Part shown: piece after piece, positions 38,365 through 47,717 of the stretch | Position numbering within the stretch: position 1 is the stretch's first letter | Layout of the letters: each line of letters begins with the position of its first letter | From: a virus | Virus record (IMG/VR): IMGVR_UViG_3300042261_000762 | Coordinates: 40,108 to 104,107 of that record | Length of the DNA: 64,000 bases | Strand: one strand, 5' to 3' | Notes under the pieces: generated by a model | Databases searched by the model: none | Seen by the model: only the letters and a program-made list of their open reading frames with translations | What the model was told of the DNA's origin: nothing | Program-made: the position numbers and the translations under genes

Positions 38365-38946
38365 TTACATTCCTATCGTATTATAATGTTTTTCTGATGA
38401 TTCTTCCCACGATTTTGGAAATTCATAAAGTCCTAACATTATATCATCATATGCCATTCTCATTTGTTTAGCACATAAATCATAAGGAACTTTACCTACA
38501 CCAGTACCGAATCCACTCATAGTTACAGTCTTAATTCTTTCCTCTTCTTGTTTCAATAAGAGAAATACCGCTCTTGCGGCAAGATAAACATTTGGAGTTT
38601 TTTCTAAAATCATTGGAACTCTCATTGTTGGTGCTGATATACAAAAAGGTATATCTCTATTGTCAGTTTCCACTAATTCAGCCTGACCAACAAGTAATTC
38701 GCCGTTGTATTTTTCTTTTATTTGTTTTTGTAATTTTTCTTGAACTTGCCAGCCAATAACCATAGATATTGCTAAATCTAAACCACCATCCATATATCCA
38801 AAAGAATTAGCTGGAGATACTACGCAGTCTGTTGGTAGATCAAAAAAGTCACCATGATGAACTATAACATCTGGAATATCTTTGAAAAAATATTTCCAGA
38901 TATTACACATGGGTTTATTTCTATCAATTAATTGAATTTTTGTCAT
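38365..38946 (-). CDS. Macro-domain (ADP-ribose processing) protein
   Basis: VSPANSFGYMDGGLD, APTMRVP, GFGTGVG. Confidence 0.9.
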   Translation of the reverse strand: MTKIQLIDRNKPMCNIWKYFFKDIPDVIVHHGDFFDLPTDCVVSPANSFGYMDGGLDLAISMVIGWQVQEKLQKQIKEKYNGELLVGQAELVETDNRDIPFCISAPTMRVPMILEKTPNVYLAARAVFLLLKQEEERIKTVTMSGFGTGVGKVPYDLCAKQMRMAYDDIMLGLYEFPKSWEESSEKHYNTIGM

Positions 38947-39236
38947 TTACTTAAATAATCCTCTATTTCTTTTTTGGATCTTTCTTCTTCCTCTATTTGA
39001 AATTTAGCTTCTAATTCTTTTTTCAAGTCTGAAGCTAAATTAAACATGTTCAAATATTCTTCTCTGGATATTTGTTCCGATATATGATCATAAGCTATTG
39101 AATAGTTAGATGCTAAGTTAAATACAGATATACATATATCTCCACTTATGGTGCATCCGCCACTAAACCAAATATGGTCTGGGTGTTTTATTGATTTCAA
39201 GCTTTTATGAAAAGCTTCTATTAGTTTATCTTTCAT
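38943..39236 (-). CDS. Hypothetical protein
   Basis: ATGA overlaps. Confidence 0.65.
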   Translation of the reverse strand: MKDKLIEAFHKSLKSIKHPDHIWFSGGCTISGDICISVFNLASNYSIAYDHISEQISREEYLNMFNLASDLKKELEAKFQIEEEERSKKEIEDYLSK

Positions 39237-39568
39237 CTTTTTATATCCTCATAATTTTCTGGCGCATCAGGATAAAAATCCTTCAACATTTCCCATTTTT
39301 TCAATTCTTCAAAATCACCTTTTGTTAATTGATTCAATCTAAGAGCTTTAGCCCAAGTGAACATTATTCTCAATTGATCTTTAGTAAATCCCCCTACAGT
39401 TCTTTCGGGTTCCGAATCTACTTGATTTATAGAATTTATTTTTTTATCTAATAATTCTCTATAATTTTTTTCTTTTTTAATTTTAATAATATCTGATGTT
39501 ATTCCTAATTGTTCCTCTATGAAGAGCAATCTTTCTTCTAAATTCGATATTCTTTCAGCTAATGTCAT
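39233..39568 (-). CDS. Hypothetical protein
   Basis: 111-aa ORF in the operon. Confidence 0.7.
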   Translation of the reverse strand: MTLAERISNLEERLLFIEEQLGITSDIIKIKKEKNYRELLDKKINSINQVDSEPERTVGGFTKDQLRIMFTWAKALRLNQLTKGDFEELKKWEMLKDFYPDAPENYEDIKR

Positions 39569-39569
39569 A

Positions 39570-39857
39570 TTAATAATTTTCTATTTCTTTTAAGACTCTA
39601 TCTATTTGTCTTCCGATGTCTAAAGGCAACATCATATTGGTTCTACATTGTTCCAATAAATATTTCATTCTCATAGACACATCGAGAAGAGCGGCTATGT
39701 CTTTTTCCATATTTTTATCCATTTTTTGTTTATTAGATGATTCTACTTGTTCTCTTAATTTTTGATTTTCCAATCTGAGATATTCAAGTTCGTAATTTTT
39801 ATCTTCATTTCCCCAACCAGGCAAAGCCCAAGGATCTTTTTTCTTTCTAGTTGCCAT
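39570..39857 (-). CDS. Hypothetical coiled-coil protein
   Basis: Likely start at MATRKKK. Confidence 0.65.
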   Translation of the reverse strand: MATRKKKDPWALPGWGNEDKNYELEYLRLENQKLREQVESSNKQKMDKNMEKDIAALLDVSMRMKYLLEQCRTNMMLPLDIGRQIDRVLKEIENY

Positions 39858-39962
39858 TTTAGAACATTCTTTTTTTGTTATATAATTTTTTAACTGAAAG
39901 GTTTTATTTATCAAAAAAACAATTTTTTGAATTTAATATATAACAAAAAGAAAATATTAACC

Positions 39963-40412
39963 ATGAAAGTTAAAACATTATTAGATTTCATAAACGAACA
40001 ATCTGGTAGCGATTACGATAAAATTTTTTGGGATCCATCAGGACCATATGGCGTTGGTAAGGCAGATAAACCAATTTATAAAAAGCTCAGAGAGAGAATA
40101 ATTCCCGGATATGATGGTCCGATTGAAGAAGAGGATGAAGATCCATTCATGTCCGGCCTTAATCAAAAAAGAAATTACAACAAAATAGAGAATGATGCTG
40201 AAGTTTTATATCATTCTGTAGAACCAGAAAATCTTGAAGATGTTATGGAAGAAGGACTTCATGGTCAAATATATTTAACAAAAACTCCACAAGAAGCACG
40301 TAAACATCATCCTATAGTCCTAAAAATAAACGTTAAAGGTCGTAAATTAACAGTAAAAGATGAAGGTTTTGTAGTAAAAGATGTTCCTGTAGATCAAATA
40401 ACTGAATTATAA
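39963..40412 (+). CDS. Putative ADP-ribosyltransferase-fold (Tpt1/KptA-like) protein with capsid-targeting-like start
   Basis: MKVKTLLDFINEQ; LYHS...I/VxxEGL...IYLT...VLKIN...VPVDQI. Confidence 0.55.
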   Translation: MKVKTLLDFINEQSGSDYDKIFWDPSGPYGVGKADKPIYKKLRERIIPGYDGPIEEEDEDPFMSGLNQKRNYNKIENDAEVLYHSVEPENLEDVMEEGLHGQIYLTKTPQEARKHHPIVLKINVKGRKLTVKDEGFVVKDVPVDQITEL

Positions 40413-40429
40413 AAGAAATTATAAAAAAA

Positions 40430-40939
40430 ATGACGGATAAAGAACAAAAATTATTAAATTCATTATATCAATTTTATTCTACTGAAGAAAAAAAACCTGT
40501 TGCTGGAAATTTTGAATTCTCTGAAGGAGATAATGTTATTTATAACAACATGGGAGAAAGACATGCCGGAGAAGTTGGTGTTTATAAAGGTAGAAGACAA
40601 GAAGATGGTAAAATTAAAATAAAATACGCTAATGTTATTTTTTGGGCTAATCCAAAATATGTGGCTCCAGCCAATACAGTAAAAGATTTATCTAGATTAT
40701 ATAGAATATTAGATCAAATGGTACAAGATGGAGATCTATCAAGATCAGTTGTGGATAAATTTAAAAGAGAAGTAGAACAAAAAACTCAAAGGAAAAAATT
40801 AGATCCATATAACGAAGAATCTTGGGATGACGATGAACCTGAGCAAATTATAAAACCACCTAGACCAAATCCTCCTCAACAAAGAAGACAAACCGCTGAC
40901 CCATGCGCCAGAGGCGGATATACTAGAGGAGGTTGTTAA
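40430..40939 (+). CDS. Hypothetical protein with DPYNEE motif
   Basis: LDPYNEESW; ends DPCARGGYTRGGC. Confidence 0.75.
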   Translation: MTDKEQKLLNSLYQFYSTEEKKPVAGNFEFSEGDNVIYNNMGERHAGEVGVYKGRRQEDGKIKIKYANVIFWANPKYVAPANTVKDLSRLYRILDQMVQDGDLSRSVVDKFKREVEQKTQRKKLDPYNEESWDDDEPEQIIKPPRPNPPQQRRQTADPCARGGYTRGGC

Positions 40940-40940
40940 T

Positions 40941-41813
40941 ATGATATTATACGGAAAAGAAATAGAACCAAGACAATATTATTGTCAATTATTCGATTGC
41001 GATTTAGAGGCAGTAGAAAAACCTTATATGAACATTCAAGTTAAATTAAAAGGATGTAATGCTGATTGTTTGTTCTGTGAAAGTAAAGAACCAGGTAATT
41101 TTGACGAAGATAAATATTTTGAAAAATTGAAGAAAATATCCGAGCAAGTACCAATTTATAAATTGAACTTCACTGGAGGCGAGCCAACACTAAATTTCGA
41201 AAGACTTAAAAGATTAATAAAAGGATCAATTGAAATCATACCCGATGTTTATATCGCTATAAACACCAATGGATATAACTTCGAAAGATTATTTGAAGAA
41301 AATATACATGAATTAGTTGGTAATATTCAATTATCAAGACACCATTATAGCGATATGTTAAACGATAAAATTCTTGGAGTTAAATCTGTTTCTAAAGATA
41401 CAATAAAATCTATCGCTTCGAAATTAGAGAATAAAAGACTTCTCAATTTGTCTTGCAATCTTATAAAAAGTTGTATTGATAATGAAGAAGAAATAATAAG
41501 ATATTTAGAAGAAGCATCAGCAATTGATATAAGATGGGTTGGTTTTGTAACTCTTATACCATTAAATGATTTTTGTGTAGATCAAAAAATATTATTCGAA
41601 GACATGAAATTGGAATGTGATAGGTTTATATTAACAAAACATTGGAAATATGAAAATAAATGTCAGTGTTATGGTTATGTGTATATTCCAACAGACGGTG
41701 GAGACCCAATAAGAGTTTATAATAAGAGAACTGAGAAAGCAGATCTTAAGAACATATTAGTCTTTGATGGGGAAAATTTTAATATTGGATTCTCAAATGA
41801 TGCTTTACTTTAA
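40941..41813 (+). CDS. Radical SAM protein
   Basis: CNADCLFC, FTGGEP, INTNG. Confidence 0.9.
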   Translation: MILYGKEIEPRQYYCQLFDCDLEAVEKPYMNIQVKLKGCNADCLFCESKEPGNFDEDKYFEKLKKISEQVPIYKLNFTGGEPTLNFERLKRLIKGSIEIIPDVYIAINTNGYNFERLFEENIHELVGNIQLSRHHYSDMLNDKILGVKSVSKDTIKSIASKLENKRLLNLSCNLIKSCIDNEEEIIRYLEEASAIDIRWVGFVTLIPLNDFCVDQKILFEDMKLECDRFILTKHWKYENKCQCYGYVYIPTDGGDPIRVYNKRTEKADLKNILVFDGENFNIGFSNDALL

Positions 41814-42434
41814 TGGTCTAGCATATATCTCCAACATATTAGATGGCGCTGGATCGTAATCATAAGGCTGTTTAACAACAACATTAGATTCTATTATTTC
41901 AAATCTTTTGGAAATTAGTTCATCCCATTGTTCTTTTGTCCTCATAGATTTGCCTGTATTTATTCCGCCAACATTAACTATTTTAACAGATACGAACAAT
42001 AATCCATTCATTGTAATAGTTCTATGAAATTCATCTAAAATATTTGATGTTTGTTCGTCATTGAAATAATGTAGAGATAATCTTGAAAATATAATATCAA
42101 ACATTCCCTCTCTAAATGGTAATTTTCCTTCACTTATGTCTTGTAATATCCATGTATTATTTGGTAAAATATCTTTTATTTTATTAATAGCAACATCACT
42201 TATATCTATTCCATATACATCATAACCTTTCTTATCAAAATATAAAGCATTAGATCCGTCACCGACTCCAACGTCTAGAACTTTTCCTCTTTTGATAATT
42301 GAAGATATTTTATCTATATTGTTATCTGGAGTGCTTTGTGTATATTTTCCTGTTCCAATTTTACCATATAAATCATTCCACATTTCTGTAGCACTACTAT
42401 ATTGTTCATTTAAGATGTGTGTGAATTTTCTCAT
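41805..42434 (-). CDS. Class I SAM-dependent methyltransferase
   Basis: VLDVGVGDG, GIDIS, FDIIFS; start MRKFTHILNE. Confidence 0.9.
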   Translation of the reverse strand: MRKFTHILNEQYSSATEMWNDLYGKIGTGKYTQSTPDNNIDKISSIIKRGKVLDVGVGDGSNALYFDKKGYDVYGIDISDVAINKIKDILPNNTWILQDISEGKLPFREGMFDIIFSRLSLHYFNDEQTSNILDEFHRTITMNGLLFVSVKIVNVGGINTGKSMRTKEQWDELISKRFEIIESNVVVKQPYDYDPAPSNMLEIYARPLK

Positions 42435-42586
42435 GAATTATAATGCTCTAACTTTTTAGTTATCTCTTGATAAGTTTTTTCAGGAAGAAGTTTTTTAATT
42501 TCGGATATTTCATCCAATATCGGCAATACTACCGCCGTAACTTCTTCTAATTGTCTAAGTAATTTTATTTCTTCTGAATCTGCCAT
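42431..42586 (-). CDS. 51-aa hypothetical protein (not in the ORF track)
   Basis: MADSEEIKLLRQLEEVTAVVLPILDEISE...; TGA overlaps the next ATG. Confidence 0.6.
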   Translation of the reverse strand: MADSEEIKLLRQLEEVTAVVLPILDEISEIKKLLPEKTYQEITKKLEHYNS

Positions 42587-42602
42587 TTTATTTTATTTAT
42601 TA

Positions 42603-43334
42603 TTAAAACCAACCTCCGAAAAAAGAAGTCTGTTGTTTTGGTGGTTTAAGACAAGTAGATTTTGTCCACATATTAAAATAACCAGTTATTAATCCAAGTG
42701 ATGTGTTTGGTACTCTAATTAAATAATCACATTTATCAGTATTTGGAGAATCACAGAGGTTGTGATGTTTGTAACTTACATGATCTATTTTTATTACAGT
42801 TACTTGTTTACCGTGATGTAAATTCCACATATAAGGAAAACAATTAATATCTGGAACATATGTATATACTCCATTTACCTTAATTTTTTCTACTGATTTT
42901 TGATTTTGTTTTCCTGGTCCAGTTCCGTTTTTTATTGTTAAAGTCCCGTCTTTATCATCAATACTCCAATTTCCTGGTTTATGCCAAGGGCCATTTGGAT
43001 CTTTAGATTTCTGCTCTGGTTTAGCGACCGGTTTAGGCTCTGTCTTTTCTTTTTTCTTAAAACATTTGGTCCATGCTATAGTGATATTTCTTTGACATTC
43101 ATTGGCTTTTTTATATCTTTTGGCTTTTGGATACAAAGATTCTATTTCTTTCATCAAAGGCAACGCCATATCAACAAGAAATCTAAGTCTATCTTCCATA
43201 GCTTTATTTGAATTTGAATCTGAATCTGTATTAATAAAAGCTGGCATGCCATCCACGTCTTCAGCATTCTTATCTATTGATTCTGATAAAAACTTTTTAT
43301 AATTTTTATTAATTTTCCCAGTCTTCTTCTCCAT
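42603..43334 (-). CDS. Hypothetical protein
   Basis: 243-aa ORF; NYKKFLSE near the N-terminus. Confidence 0.7.
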   Translation of the reverse strand: MEKKTGKINKNYKKFLSESIDKNAEDVDGMPAFINTDSDSNSNKAMEDRLRFLVDMALPLMKEIESLYPKAKRYKKANECQRNITIAWTKCFKKKEKTEPKPVAKPEQKSKDPNGPWHKPGNWSIDDKDGTLTIKNGTGPGKQNQKSVEKIKVNGVYTYVPDINCFPYMWNLHHGKQVTVIKIDHVSYKHHNLCDSPNTDKCDYLIRVPNTSLGLITGYFNMWTKSTCLKPPKQQTSFFGGWF

Positions 43335-43644
43335 ATGGATCTTCTTTTGTTATTTTTCTTTTTCCCTGAGGATAATAAGGCACATCTTTGCCACTCATCA
43401 TCATACCCATTCTTATAGCACTTACATAAGAAAATATATTAGCTAATCCCATCTGACTAGCTGTTGTTTGATAGATTTCCGTCCCGTCTTTTATTTTTAA
43501 TACGAACATGTTGTTTTCTGTTACCATTGATAAATGTGGATATATTTTCCAAACCGCGGCCATTATTCCTTTTATGTCGTCAATAGTAACATCATCGCCA
43601 TGTTTCATTTGTTCTTTTAATATATCTTGAAATCTTTTAACCAT
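43309..43644 (-). CDS. DPYGEE-tagged protein
   Basis: MVKRFQDILKE; ends EDPYGEEDWEN*. Confidence 0.75.
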   Translation of the reverse strand: MVKRFQDILKEQMKHGDDVTIDDIKGIMAAVWKIYPHLSMVTENNMFVLKIKDGTEIYQTTASQMGLANIFSYVSAIRMGMMMSGKDVPYYPQGKRKITKEDPYGEEDWEN

Positions 43645-44216
43645 TACTTCATGTTATTTTCATATCTTAATTTTAACAACAAATAATCAGTAACTAAATC
43701 GTGGATTTTAATATTATCTATATCACCCAAACTTACTTTAACTACTCTATTTTCTTCTGTTATTTTTACGCTAGATTGTTTATAATCGTTATAATTTATA
43801 TTTAATAAACATATATGGTATTGACCAACATTATTATCTCCTTTGAATAATACTTTATCTACTTCTATTGGAAAAAGATTATTAAGTACTACTCCCGTTT
43901 TTTCATAAAGTATTCTTCTAACATTTTGCGTTGGAGTTTGATCATCATTAAAATCATCTTTGATGGTAGTAAGATAAAAATCTACTGTATTATATTCTGA
44001 TTTATCTTTATATTTGAACTTAAAAGCAGGACATTTTTCATATTTTAGAAGTATAAATCCATCGTCTTTGAAATATGGAAGTATTACGACTTGAGCGTTG
44101 CTTATAATAATATCTTTATCATCGAACTTTATAATAGATATTTCATCATTCTTGAAAAGATCTTCATTTGATTTTGTTTTTGGTTCATTCTTTTTTATTT
44201 TTGTAAATTTTTCCAT
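43644..44216 (-). CDS. Degenerate NUDIX-like protein
   Basis: VVILPY...TPTQNVRRILYEKTG resembles a decayed Nudix box. Confidence 0.55.
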   Translation of the reverse strand: MEKFTKIKKNEPKTKSNEDLFKNDEISIIKFDDKDIIISNAQVVILPYFKDDGFILLKYEKCPAFKFKYKDKSEYNTVDFYLTTIKDDFNDDQTPTQNVRRILYEKTGVVLNNLFPIEVDKVLFKGDNNVGQYHICLLNINYNDYKQSSVKITEENRVVKVSLGDIDNIKIHDLVTDYLLLKLRYENNMK

Positions 44217-44231
44217 ATTTATTTAATTTTT

Positions 44232-44582
44232 TTATCTTTCTAATTTTCCTACAAAAATTAAAGATCTGTCAACTTGAGCTTGCATGTAAGGATCTTCTTC
44301 TCCCCTGTTTCCATTATTAAAATTTATATTTATAAATTCATCTATGTTTTCACCTATTACTTTAGTCCTGGTATCTACAATATTCGGTCCTATTACGTTT
44401 TGATTAATATTCCAAATTATATAAACATATCCTCTAATAAAATGGTTTTCATAATTTCTTGTGCATAAATATATGTTATTCATACTTGTTATTTCCTGTT
44501 CTTCTACAGGATTCCATATTTCCTCACCATATGGATCTATTTTATTAAATTTCTCAAATGTCTTTATTATGCTTTTTTCCAT
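44232..44582 (-). CDS. DPYGEE-motif protein
   Basis: IKTFEKFNKIDPYGEEIW. Confidence 0.75.
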   Translation of the reverse strand: MEKSIIKTFEKFNKIDPYGEEIWNPVEEQEITSMNNIYLCTRNYENHFIRGYVYIIWNINQNVIGPNIVDTRTKVIGENIDEFININFNNGNRGEEDPYMQAQVDRSLIFVGKLER

Positions 44583-44932
44583 AATCCGTCAAATTCTCCT
44601 TTTTTTAGTTGAGATCCGTCTGCTGTTACTAACCTATAATCGCCTGGTTTATTATTATCTATTAATAATTTAGCTCTTTCAAGATTAAATTTTAAAACTC
44701 TTTCGTCTCTATACTTAATGTTTTTTCCACCAGACATCGCTGTAAATTGGTTAAACTTACCATCTCTCATTTGCGTTAGAAAAAATTTTTTACCATGTTC
44801 CACTTTAAATATAGCCCATCCTCTTTCATACCAAGGCAAATCATCTTCAAAATCTTCTTCAGTATTATCTACTTCATCGAAATTACCTTTTTTATACCAT
44901 TTGATAGAAAATTCTTCAAACATCTTAACCAT
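44567..44932 (-). CDS. Hypothetical protein with KWY motif
   Basis: MVKMFEEFSIKWYKKG. Confidence 0.75.
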   Translation of the reverse strand: MVKMFEEFSIKWYKKGNFDEVDNTEEDFEDDLPWYERGWAIFKVEHGKKFFLTQMRDGKFNQFTAMSGGKNIKYRDERVLKFNLERAKLLIDNNKPGDYRLVTADGSQLKKGEFDGLWKKA

Positions 44933-45548
44933 TTATATTAATTAATTTTTCAAAAGCCTCTTCCACTAATTGTGGACTTAATAATGTAATATCTGAAATA
45001 TTAAAATCACCTTCATTTCCTAAATTCCATCTCTGTATGACTCTTATAGAAACCTTATCCATCGGTTTCGAATCAAGAACATGCGGGGCATCATCTACTT
45101 GAACATCAGATTGATCCCATTTATCTAATGATCTAGGAACAAAAGATATATCATCATAAGGTATTTTATATTTTCTTATCCAGTCCATTGCTCCTTGTTG
45201 AGCATTCTTTCCAGGTTGGCATGTAACTATTCTAACCAAAATACCATTATTTTGTGTGTATTCATACACTTCTCTCATCGTTTCTACTGCTCCTACATAT
45301 GGTTTTGAATTTTTCCACATTTCATATCTATGATCGTCTATCCATTTATAAGGATCCATCCCATTATAGTCTAAAGAATGGTACCAATACCAGTCTGATA
45401 CTTGATTCGATGGAATGAATTTATTACCTGGAAAACATTTAGAATAAACGCAATTGAAGCTTTCGGCAAAATCGTTCAAGACTCCATCCAAATCTATTCC
45501 CAGTACCTTTTCATTTAAATGGTTGAATTTTTCGAAAGTTTTTAACAT
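44925..45548 (-). CDS. 5'(3')-deoxyribonucleotidase, HAD family
   Basis: GIDLDGVL, PYVGAVE, VDDAP. Confidence 0.85.
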   Translation of the reverse strand: MLKTFEKFNHLNEKVLGIDLDGVLNDFAESFNCVYSKCFPGNKFIPSNQVSDWYWYHSLDYNGMDPYKWIDDHRYEMWKNSKPYVGAVETMREVYEYTQNNGILVRIVTCQPGKNAQQGAMDWIRKYKIPYDDISFVPRSLDKWDQSDVQVDDAPHVLDSKPMDKVSIRVIQRWNLGNEGDFNISDITLLSPQLVEEAFEKLINING

Positions 45549-45673
45549 TAAGAAATCTTTGTTTTATGCTATATATAAAAAACTAAAAATATAATTTAAT
45601 ATATACGAAAGAGATATTTTGTTTTATTTAAAAAACGCTGTATCTTAGCTGTACAAAAAACAATTTTGAAAAT

Positions 45674-46246
45674 ATGAAATTTGGACAATTTTTAAGAAAA
45701 AAATCTCAAGAAGATAGAAAAGATGAATGGATTGAACAACCAATAAATCCAATCATGGAACAAAGATATGGTGACGATGACGATGACGATGATCGTCCTG
45801 GAAAATATCCGCCAAAGAAAGGAAAACCTGGTAAAGAAGAAAAATCTCATAAAGAATTTTATCCTGGGGATATATTAGTTTTGGTTGATAATAAACCATC
45901 TAGGAAAGTTCCACAAGATGCTTGGGATTTTCTTATGACATATAAAGAATTTAAGGTAAGAAAAATAAACGATAAAGGGCAACTAGATCTTGGTTGTCTA
46001 ATATCTAAAAATACTCCTGAAGGTGGTGTAGAAAAAAGATATATGTTCTCACCTAATAGATTCGAACTTAAGAATGCAAGACCTGAAGGATGGGTGAAAC
46101 CAGTTCCAGAAGGAGGAATAAAACCACTTGAAGTAGACGAAGATGGTAATCCTGTTACCGCTCCTGGATTTGCTTCAGAAGATGGTCCACATATGGATGT
46201 TAGAGCAACAGCACCTGGATTCTGGGATAATTTTCCTCTAAGATAA
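45674..46246 (+). CDS. Hypothetical protein
   Basis: 190-aa ORF downstream of TAATATATA. Confidence 0.75.
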   Translation: MKFGQFLRKKSQEDRKDEWIEQPINPIMEQRYGDDDDDDDRPGKYPPKKGKPGKEEKSHKEFYPGDILVLVDNKPSRKVPQDAWDFLMTYKEFKVRKINDKGQLDLGCLISKNTPEGGVEKRYMFSPNRFELKNARPEGWVKPVPEGGIKPLEVDEDGNPVTAPGFASEDGPHMDVRATAPGFWDNFPLR

Positions 46247-46334
46247 GCAGATTTGAGTGAATTCCGTTACGATTTAACCGATGACGATGATGATGAAAAT
46301 GTCGGTAGAGCTTATATAGCTTAATTTAAATAAC

Positions 46335-46373
46335 AAAAAAAAAGAGATCCGATTAATTCGGATCTCTTTTTTT
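46335..46373. terminator. Bidirectional intrinsic terminator
   Basis: A9-GAGATCCGA-ttaat-TCGGATCTC-T7 between convergent genes. Confidence 0.9.
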
Positions 46374-46395
46374 GCGATAAAGTAAGTGAGTCGGA

Positions 46396-46806
46396 TTATT
46401 GTTTTATTGTTTTTAATTTATTAAGCCCCCAGAATATATCAACTATTCTACATTTAATAACACCGTAATATGGTTGTGCATTCCAACTTGTTGATTTCTG
46501 CGGTTTTTGTAACAAAGCAGTTACCCAGATTATATCTCCTCTTTTAACTTCTTTTACTCCGAGATCAGCGTTAAAAGTAGGTCCGCCTGATATGTTTTCT
46601 TCTAATTTAGCTATTCTATCTTTATCGGTTATGACTGAAGTTACCTGAACTATCTCAACTGGATCCGTAATTTTTTCTATATCGCCATTCTCCAGTTCTC
46701 TTAAAGCAATAATATCCGATGAAAGTTGATCAAATTCTTTTTTTCTTTTGAACTCTTTTACTTTTCCTTTTTTATATTCTTCAAAGTCTTTAGTTATATC
46801 AGACAT
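46396..46806 (-). CDS. Hypothetical protein
   Basis: 136-aa ORF. Confidence 0.75.
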   Translation of the reverse strand: MSDITKDFEEYKKGKVKEFKRKKEFDQLSSDIIALRELENGDIEKITDPVEIVQVTSVITDKDRIAKLEENISGGPTFNADLGVKEVKRGDIIWVTALLQKPQKSTSWNAQPYYGVIKCRIVDIFWGLNKLKTIKQ

Positions 46807-46829
46807 TATTTTCTTTAATATTTTTTAAC

Positions 46830-47186
46830 TTACCAATCTTCCTCTCCGTAAGGATCTACACTTCTCATTCTATCTTTTAATTGTTGTTTCTTGATCATCC
46901 ACTTATCAAAATCTTTTTTTTTAAGAAAATTGTTATGCCATTGAGTTCCTATTAGTATTCCGGATTCTATATCTATTATATCAAGAAGACCGTCTGATCT
47001 AGAATCAGTAACTCTATATGCATTACCTGTAGTTAGATAACGATTTGTGAATGTGCTATAAATAATATCTCCAACATCAAATGGTTGTTTTGGACCTTTT
47101 CCTTTAGGATGTTTCATTTCAGGAGCCCTGTGTGGAAGATTTGTCTCATATATGTATCTTTCAAATGATCTTATATTATTAAGCAT
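46830..47186 (-). CDS. DPYGEE-tagged protein
   Basis: Ends exactly VDPYGEEDW*. Confidence 0.75.
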   Translation of the reverse strand: MLNNIRSFERYIYETNLPHRAPEMKHPKGKGPKQPFDVGDIIYSTFTNRYLTTGNAYRVTDSRSDGLLDIIDIESGILIGTQWHNNFLKKKDFDKWMIKKQQLKDRMRSVDPYGEEDW

Positions 47187-47664
47187 TATTTCTCGATCTT
47201 TTTTGACTTCTTTTTAAATCGGATACCTCTTTTAATAAAAGATCCATAGTTTCTTTTATTTTTTTATATTCTTCGTCTTCTTCATCGTCTTCTTCTGAAA
47301 ATTCTTCAACATCTTCCTGAATGTCTTCAACATCTTCCTGAATGTCTTCAACATCTTCCTGAATATCCTCTACGTCTTCTTGAATTTCTTCAACGTCTTT
47401 TTGAATATCTTCAACATCAGAAGCAACAGATTCAAGTTTTTTGGCTTGAAAATTAACACTCATTTGAATAAATATAGAGAGGTAGATTGCTTCTAAAGAT
47501 ACTATTGTAGTTAATACTAATAGTACAGTGCTGATGTCTATTCCTAGAACATATAGAACGAAAAATACTATAAAAAGAACTGTATGAATAATTAATGATT
47601 CAACTGATCCTATCCATTTGATAGCTTTAGCTGAAAATGTCTCAAGTACCTCCCTTTTAATCAT
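47179..47664 (-). CDS. DUF1003-like membrane protein with VEDIQED heptad repeats
   Basis: Two TM helices, VSLEAIYLSIFIQMS; 21-bp tandem repeats at about 47300-47420. Confidence 0.8.
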   Translation of the reverse strand: MIKREVLETFSAKAIKWIGSVESLIIHTVLFIVFFVLYVLGIDISTVLLVLTTIVSLEAIYLSIFIQMSVNFQAKKLESVASDVEDIQKDVEEIQEDVEDIQEDVEDIQEDVEDIQEDVEEFSEEDDEEDEEYKKIKETMDLLLKEVSDLKRSQKRSRNNA

Positions 47665-47717
47665 ATGTTAATCTCCTTATCCCATTTTAAATGAATTTAT
47701 TTCTTTATTATTTATAT

